Below are positions 27,001 through 32,000 of a DNA stretch of 32,000 nt, one piece after another. The position numbers and the translations under genes are program-made. The DNA is taken from the NCBI GenBank assembly GCA_942493095.1, contig OW818675.1, positions 1,080,001 through 1,112,000 of the forward strand. The letters run 5' to 3'. Each line of letters begins with the position of its first letter. The first letter of the stretch is position 1. The notes below the pieces were generated by a model that had not been told where the DNA came from, searched no databases, and was given only the letters and a program-made list of their open reading frames with translations. This stretch comes from Candidatus Electronema halotolerans (GTDB taxonomy: Bacteria; Desulfobacterota; Desulfobulbia; Desulfobulbales; Desulfobulbaceae).

Positions 27001-28170
27001 CTTTACGGCCTTGGCATGACCGAGCACCGCAACGGCACCCAAGGGGTCATGGGCTTGGCTAATATCGCCCTGGCTTCCGGCAATGTCGGACGGCGCAACG
27101 CAGGCATCTGCCCGCTGCGCGGCCAGAACAATGTCCAAGGCTCCTGCGACATGGGCGCGCTGCCTTATGTCTATTCCGGGTATCAGGATGTGGAGGACGA
27201 GGCCGCCCGCAGCCGGATGGGCCAGAGCTGGGGCGCGGATCTTCCCGCAGAGAAGGGCATGACTGAGCCGGAGATGTACGAGGCCGCCCGCAACGGCAGT
27301 TTCAAGGGCATGTACTGCATCGGCTATGATCCGCTGCATACGCAAGGCGACGTGAATAATGTCCGGGCCGCGTTCAGCCAGATGGAGATGGTGGTGGTGC
27401 AAGACATCTTCCTGACCAAGACCTGTGACATGGCCCATGTTGTCCTGCCAGCAGCCTGCTTCTACGAGAAGGACGGCACCTTCACCAATGCCGAACGCCG
27501 CATCCGGCGCATCCGCAAAGCAGTTGAAGCACCTGGCGAGTGTCGGCCTGACTGGCAGATTGTCTGTGATCTGGCCCAAGCAATGGGGCGTGACATGGCC
27601 TGTCCTAACGCGGCGGCAGTGATGGATGAAATCGCGGTCTGCACCCCCAGCATGGCCGGTGTCAGCTTTGCCCGACTGGAAGGTGACGGTCTGGTTTGGC
27701 CTTGCCCAAGCTGTGATCATCCCGGCACGCCCGTCCTCCATACGGAGAGCTTCACCCGTGGCAAAGGCTATTTCTCGGTTTTGGGCAATGTCGAGACCTT
27801 GGAGCGGCCTGATGCCGAGTATCCCTTCATCTTAGTCACGGGCCGACGGCGTGAACACTACAACAACGGCTCCATGACCCGCCGCTGCGCCGGACTGATC
27901 AGCCTGGTGCCAGAGGAGAAGGTGGATATCCACCCGGATGATGCGGCCAAGCTCGGCATTGCCGACGGCCAGCGGGTGCGGGTGCGTTCACGGCGGGGCG
28001 AGCTGGAGGTCACAGCTTGCGTCACCGACCGCAGCAGGCCCGGCTCCGTCTTCATGGCCTTTCACCATGAGGCCACGCTCACCAACCTGCTCACCAGTCC
28101 GGGGCTGGATGAAATCGCCCTGACCCCGGAGTACAAGGCCTGCGCAGTGAGCATCAGCAGCCTTGCATAA
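24094..28170 (+). CDS. Fused oxidoreductase: NuoG-type 2Fe-2S + GltD-like FAD/NAD(P) domain + 2[4Fe-4S] ferredoxin + molybdopterin formate dehydrogenase catalytic domain
   Basis: CHLPGRRDADQPCLLCLVEVNGKRMRAC; IIGGGPAGLSAAW; VLVVGGSKTALEAAR; CIGCQRCERSCEFDAF/CVSCGACVDACPTGAL; CTYCGTGCSVDIA; NSVDNCARVCHAPSVSGL (Cys at the usual Sec/Cys position). Confidence 0.92.
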   Translation: MSKTATLTINGQQFSLAPDQTILAAAAEAGIDIPHLCHLPGRRDADQPCLLCLVEVNGKRMRACKTLIMDGMVIETETPALVEHRKERLTQLAAGHYGDCKAPCSMTCPGLINVQGYIGLIAQRQFGPALQLIREKNPLPGIVCRVCPAFCEYPCRRALLDEAVAINNLKRFAFDYAVKHPLPPETTAPATGRKAAIIGGGPAGLSAAWFLRKQGHSVTIFEAGPALGGAARTAIPAFKLPKENLAREIEAVLSLGVEVKTSTAWGRDFSLADLQQQGFEAVFIATGLAGHKKLSVPGSELTQDGLNFLAQVNQGSLTSLSGKVLVVGGSKTALEAARCALRLGAEEVLLIHDRAAVRMTAYEKDIRAAQEEKVRMLMLTALLAVRQEEDGTLTADLARTELVDDDVRGAPVVREGASLIWQGGTILNCRGRQGDSGFLSYGELESRLEITAKKTIKVSSSTMQTCLPGIYAGGEVASGPRSVIQAVNAGRKAAEAMHRQFGGVEPELADGHFNFSKGRKFDSIDMSNYSGMAIQPRPVMPQQASAQPRRDFSQTELGYTEEMAVREARRCLECGCTALSKCELRPLCRDHKVSANAAPAQRRSAVDSSHLFISVDADRCIGCQRCERSCEFDAFVYAPGELVPTLTIKDNCVSCGACVDACPTGALTKKQLALPLLPGEAELVRSVCTYCGTGCSVDIALKSGTIVEIKALSDAPPNNGDLCVKGRFGYDFYSHPERLTRPLIRERLDQPFREASWQEALSFAASGFLRIQEQHGPQALGVLSSSRCENEVNYLAQKFCRAVFRSNSVDNCARVCHAPSVSGLRIALGSGAATNALEDIEGTEVLLISGSNPAEAHPVVGMKVRRALRKGGKLIVIDPRQTEMAKLADIHLQLIPGTNVLLLNSLLHAILDEGLEDKDFIAARTENLDRVREHVAAYAPEVMAEQTGVPAELVRKAARLYCSTKKGMILYGLGMTEHRNGTQGVMGLANIALASGNVGRRNAGICPLRGQNNVQGSCDMGALPYVYSGYQDVEDEAARSRMGQSWGADLPAEKGMTEPEMYEAARNGSFKGMYCIGYDPLHTQGDVNNVRAAFSQMEMVVVQDIFLTKTCDMAHVVLPAACFYEKDGTFTNAERRIRRIRKAVEAPGECRPDWQIVCDLAQAMGRDMACPNAAAVMDEIAVCTPSMAGVSFARLEGDGLVWPCPSCDHPGTPVLHTESFTRGKGYFSVLGNVETLERPDAEYPFILVTGRRREHYNNGSMTRRCAGLISLVPEEKVDIHPDDAAKLGIADGQRVRVRSRRGELEVTACVTDRSRPGSVFMAFHHEATLTNLLTSPGLDEIALTPEYKACAVSISSLA

Positions 28171-28208
28171 GCGTTTGAGCTGGCAGTGAAAGCCAGACCG
28201 TTCTGGGC

Positions 28209-28245
28209 AAAGGCCCCTTCCGAGGAATCGGGAGGGGCCTTTTTC
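28209..28245 (+). terminator. Rho-independent terminator after the fused formate dehydrogenase gene
   Basis: AAAGGCCCCTTCC-gaggaatc-GGGAGGGGCCTTTTT. Confidence 0.8.
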
Positions 28246-28273
28246 ATGAACCCGACAGCGTGATCGAGGAAAA

Positions 28274-28335
28274 CCCGATACTGCTTTCGGGCTGGCCCGA
28301 TAGTGGTATCGAGCTGGCCCGAAAGCAGTATCGGG
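28274..28335. repeat. Inverted repeat with 19-bp perfect arms and an inner small hairpin
   Basis: CCCGATACTGCTTTCGGGC (28274-28292) and GCCCGAAAGCAGTATCGGG (28317-28335), enclosing CGATA-gtgg-TATCG. Confidence 0.85.
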
Positions 28336-28376
28336 GTGCCGCCTTTGTCCTTCCGTAATCAGGCTGCAAGTATGGG

Positions 28377-29516
28377 TCAGAGATGCTGCTGGAGCCACGA
28401 CCGCAGCACGGCCTCAATTCGGGCATGGGTCTCAGCAGTGGGATGGCCGTCTCCTTTGATCATCACCTCTGATATCTTCCGTTCCGCAAAGGCTTGGCGG
28501 ATCACTGGCAGGAGCGAGAGAAAGGGCAGCTGCCTGCGCCCTGCCCAGGCGGCAGCATGTTCATCCACAGTGCGGGCATAGGTCTGGTGGGCACTGGTGC
28601 TGCCCGGTCGCACGGTGTAGATGCTCAGATTCGCGACCAACAGCCGCACACCGTGCCGCTGCAGCGCATCCGCAAGATAATCCAGATAGGTTTCACTCAG
28701 CTGCCAGCATTCATCAAGCGATGCTGGAGAGATCAGGAAGGGATCGGCATTGGGCAAAGGCTGATATTCCGGGTTGGCCTCTGTCTGCTTTTTATTGCTG
28801 GCAATCAGACGCTCCAGCGGTGAAAGCAGGAAATTCCGGCGCAGACGGGTCAGGGCGAGCAGCAGATATGACCAAGGCAGGCCGGACTGCGCTGACGGCT
28901 GAAGGATGCGGTCTGCGTCATCAAAATAGGGAAGGTTGAAGTAGATTGTTTCCCTGACCCGGTCCTCCCGCAGATCATTCTCATAGAGCAAAAGCAGGAC
29001 AGCGTCAGGCTGCAACGCCAGATATCGCTTTGCATTGGCCGCATAATAAATCGGGCTTGCGCCCTGCACCCCGGCGTTCACGACCTCCCAGCCAGTGCTT
29101 TGGAGATGCTCATTCAGGAGATACGGGAAGGTTTGCTCAAACGTATTCCCATGTCCCTCGGCAATCGAATCGCCGATAACCACCAGCCGTTTCACATTGT
29201 TCTTCTTTGGCTGCACTACAGGGCCGCGAAATCCTCTCCTGTTGATTGCGTAGCGCACTTGGTAGCCTGCCCTGGCCTGCGTGTAAACTGCCTTGGGGAT
29301 ATGAAAATAGAAATACGGGCGGGTCTGGACGATGTAGGGATTGGGCTTGTATGGATCAACTGGACTGGGCGGCGGCGGGGCGGGCACGAGCTGCGACTTC
29401 AGCAGGAAACGCATTGCTGTCTCCCCTGAAAGCAGAAAGAAAATCAGAGGGACTGCAATCACTCCAGTGTAAAAAAAGGCTTTTCTACATAAGCTGTTCC
29501 TGTTCACTGGTGTCAC
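28377..29516 (-). CDS. Membrane-anchored SGNH/GDSL-like hydrolase
   Basis: N-terminal TM; RLVVIGDSIAEGHG (block I), VVNAGVQGASP, LLLLYENDLRED, C-terminal GDGHPTAETH. Confidence 0.8.
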   Translation of the reverse strand: MTPVNRNSLCRKAFFYTGVIAVPLIFFLLSGETAMRFLLKSQLVPAPPPPSPVDPYKPNPYIVQTRPYFYFHIPKAVYTQARAGYQVRYAINRRGFRGPVVQPKKNNVKRLVVIGDSIAEGHGNTFEQTFPYLLNEHLQSTGWEVVNAGVQGASPIYYAANAKRYLALQPDAVLLLLYENDLREDRVRETIYFNLPYFDDADRILQPSAQSGLPWSYLLLALTRLRRNFLLSPLERLIASNKKQTEANPEYQPLPNADPFLISPASLDECWQLSETYLDYLADALQRHGVRLLVANLSIYTVRPGSTSAHQTYARTVDEHAAAWAGRRQLPFLSLLPVIRQAFAERKISEVMIKGDGHPTAETHARIEAVLRSWLQQHL

Positions 29517-29525
29517 GCGGCATTG

Positions 29526-30881
29526 TCAACGAACATGCTTGGCAGCACCTCCCAGCTTGTCAGTCAGCATTTCCACCTGCTGGCGGACGCTGCTTTGCTG
29601 GACGATATTGCGGCTGACTGTCTTGATCGCATAGAGCACCGTGGAGTGATCCCGGTTGTAGAGACCGCCAATGTTGGCCAGCGACTCCTCGGTGTATTTC
29701 CGGGTCAGATACATGGCTATCTGACGGGGAAAGCTGATGTTCCGCTTGCGGGAGCGGGAGATCAGCTCATCTATGGAAACCCGGAACTGACTGCTGATCA
29801 GCTCGCGGATGCCTTGGCCGCTCAGGCTCTTCCGGCTGACCGGATCGAGATTGATCAGCCCCTCCAAAACCTCGCGCACCATGTCTGTGTCAGGCGAGGC
29901 GTTGCAGAGATTCGCCTTGGCCCGCAGACCCAGCACCGCGTTTTCAATCCGGCGGATGTCGCCTTGAATATGTTCGGCCAGCAGATGCACATGCTCGTCC
30001 GTTAGCGGCAGTTGGCTGAGACCGGCCTTGCAGCGGATGATCGCCGCTCTGGTGCTGTACTCCGGGGCCTTGATGTCTGTGACCAAGCCGGAACTCATGC
30101 GCGAACGGAAATCCTCATCCACGCCGGTAAGCGAGCGCGGGGCCACGGCTGAGGTGAGAATGACCCGCTTCCCGGACTTGATCAGGAAATCCAAGATATT
30201 GTTCAGCTCCTCCTGGGTCTTGGTCTTGCCGCTCAGGGTGTGGACATCCTCGACCAAGAGCAGATCGCAGCCCTGAATGAAGCGGCTGGAAAACTGCTCC
30301 ATCGTGTTCTCGCGGATGTTCTTGACCATCTCTGCCGAGAACTGCTGGGCAGTCAGGTAATGGAGGCGGGTCTGCGGCGCGCTGTGCATGACCTGATGCA
30401 CCACAGCCTGGGTGAGGTGACTCTTGCCCAAGCCTGTGCCGGAGGTGAGAAACAGGCTGCTGCCAAAGGCGGGATCCGCATCAGCAATGGCCCGGCAGAC
30501 CGTGCGGGCGAGCAGATTGGACTGCCCGACCATGAACTGCTCAAAGGTGTAGCCGGGATGAAGGGAGCGCACTGCGGCCTTGAACTTGTTCATGCCGGGC
30601 AGACGGAGCTGACCAGAGCCGTTCGCTTCCGGCTGCGGCGCAGGCATGGCCTCAGAGACGGTCAGCGAGACCTTTGGCGGCGAACTGCTCAGGCTGCTCA
30701 GACTGGCCTCAATCAGCTTCAGGTAGCGGTCCCGCACCCAAGTGCAAAAGAAGCGGTCTGGGCAGGCTATCTCCAGCACCTGCCTGCTCTCCCGGACGCA
30801 GGCGATGGGTTTGATCCAGAGGCTGTACTCGCTGGCGGAAAGCGTGGCGGACAGGGATTGCTTGACAGTTTCCCAAAGCAT
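29526..30881 (-). CDS. dnaA: Chromosomal replication initiator DnaA
   Basis: FMVGQSNLLARTVCRAIAD, SGTGLGKSHLTQAVVHQV, DLLLVEDVHTLSGKTKTQEEL, C-terminal ARKRNISFPRQIAMYL-like segment and GGLYNRDHSTVLYAI (DnaA signature). Confidence 0.95.
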   Translation of the reverse strand: MLWETVKQSLSATLSASEYSLWIKPIACVRESRQVLEIACPDRFFCTWVRDRYLKLIEASLSSLSSSPPKVSLTVSEAMPAPQPEANGSGQLRLPGMNKFKAAVRSLHPGYTFEQFMVGQSNLLARTVCRAIADADPAFGSSLFLTSGTGLGKSHLTQAVVHQVMHSAPQTRLHYLTAQQFSAEMVKNIRENTMEQFSSRFIQGCDLLLVEDVHTLSGKTKTQEELNNILDFLIKSGKRVILTSAVAPRSLTGVDEDFRSRMSSGLVTDIKAPEYSTRAAIIRCKAGLSQLPLTDEHVHLLAEHIQGDIRRIENAVLGLRAKANLCNASPDTDMVREVLEGLINLDPVSRKSLSGQGIRELISSQFRVSIDELISRSRKRNISFPRQIAMYLTRKYTEESLANIGGLYNRDHSTVLYAIKTVSRNIVQQSSVRQQVEMLTDKLGGAAKHVR

Positions 30882-31230
30882 AAAACAAGGTCTTGGCAGT
30901 CGGAGGTGAAAACAGAAAACAACGGGATGCGGCTTTCTTTTACCTGAAAACCAGCCGGGCCGTCAAAAACGATACAGCCCGATTTGCTCCGCCTTTGCGC
31001 TTGGCGGCGGCAAGGCCGGATCAGGCGGACTTTCAAGCCCTTGCGCTCCGCCTGCGGGCGAAGCTCTTCGGAACGCAGGACTTTTTGCCCCTGCGGCGCA
31101 ATGCTGCCGCATATCAGGAGATTGCCACCTGTCAGCTTTGCCTTGCTGATCTTGGCGGCAAAGGCCGAAGTCAGCCATCCTCAGCCAAGCTGCACCGTCC
31201 TCTGAAATGCGGCATTTTTCGTTGAAAGGC

Positions 31231-31587
31231 TCAGGAGAAGTTGCCGGGAAGATTTAACGCCCGCAGCACCGCCCCTTGAGAAAAAATATCCAGCACGGTT
31301 AAAGAAGCGGGCCGCACATCAAAGAGCAGATAACTGCGCGGTGGCAGGTTGAGCGCGGCGCAGAGCATGGCCCGGATCATTCCGCCGTGGGCGACTGCGG
31401 CGACATGGCCGCCCGATGCGGCGAGGACTGCCAGCATTTCCTTTATCCGGCAGAGAAAATCAGCAACGGCCTCGCCTTCCGGGAAGACAAAGCCTTCATA
31501 GTCCTCCTGCCAAGCAGTGATTTTTTCTGGAGCAGCAGCGGCAATCTCGGCAAAAGTTTTCAGCTCCCACGCGCCGAAATCAATTTT
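31231..31587 (-). pseudogene. Histidine phosphatase (phosphoglycerate mutase-like/CobC-like), N-terminus missing
   Basis: In-frame translation KIDFGAWELKTFAEIAAAAPEKITAWQEDYEGFVFPEGEAVADFLCRIKEMLAVLAASGGHVAAVAHGGMIRAMLCAALNLPPRSYLLFDV...; no RHG-motif N-terminus, preceded directly by a stop and AT-rich sequence. Confidence 0.7.
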
Positions 31588-31929
31588 TCAAGAGCCTGTT
31601 CGTAAAAAAGCGAATATCTCATCTATTGATATATAGATAAAGTAAAAAACAGGGGTTTTACTCAAGAGTATCTCGTCGTAATAAATACTTGTCTTGCTGC
31701 ATTGTTTAGTGCAATTTGTCTTATCAAGTGTGATACAATATTTAACAGAAAGTTCAATTTCTCCATTTTTACCTTTAGAAATATCGTAAAAAATATTTTC
31801 GTAAAAATAATCTATACCTTGCTTCTCAAAATCTAAATCTGAAATATCCTTGTTTGCGCGTATTTCTTTGCAATCTTCATAATTGATATTTCTTTGACGA
31901 AAAAATTCCTGAACCTTTGGTACTATCAA
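31588..31929 (-). CDS. Hypothetical protein, AT-rich, 113 aa
   Basis: ORF MIVPKVQEFFRQRNINYEDCKEIRANKDISDLDFEKQGIDYFYENIFYDIS...; composition sharply different from neighbours; no family recognised. Confidence 0.4.
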   Translation of the reverse strand: MIVPKVQEFFRQRNINYEDCKEIRANKDISDLDFEKQGIDYFYENIFYDISKGKNGEIELSVKYCITLDKTNCTKQCSKTSIYYDEILLSKTPVFYFIYISIDEIFAFLRTGS

Positions 31930-32000
31930 TTCGTTTTTAATTTTCTCGCTGTCTTTGAGTTGTAAATATGCAACGTAACAGCTTGCAGATTCTTTATTTT

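Overview
GC-rich bacterial chromosomal window; the gene content fits a sulfate-reducer-like deltaproteobacterium, but that placement is inference. Main features, left to right: (1) a type I-F CRISPR-Cas effector operon on the minus strand, cas8f-cas5f-cas7f-cas6f followed by a cas3 that starts at its HD domain with no N-terminal Cas2 fusion and runs off the window. (2) Just upstream of cas8f, a compact unit of two degenerate I-F repeats with its own promoter and terminator. Its 20-nt pseudo-spacer region matches the start of the cas operon (18/21 nt) directly next to a 5'-CC PAM. This looks like a CreR/CreA-type autoregulatory guide RNA. A 58-aa hydrophobic small ORF lies between the targeted promoter and cas8f. 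(3) Housekeeping genes: YdjM-like membrane protein, lpxD, hemA, ccsA/hemX-like, cysG N-terminal-like dehydrogenase, gatC, rhomboid, alpha/beta hydrolase. (4) A nested mobile region: an IS4-family element with perfect 19-bp inverted repeats and a 10-bp target duplication, inserted in a REP-associated transposase (RAYT) gene flanked by copies of two palindromes. One palindrome also lies in frame inside an adjacent giant secreted Rhs/YD-repeat protein. (5) hflX, a DUF1566 protein, mvhD plus a very large fused oxidoreductase/formate dehydrogenase, an SGNH hydrolase, dnaA and a truncated histidine phosphatase next to AT-rich sequence. No CRISPR array, cas1 or cas2 is visible in the window.
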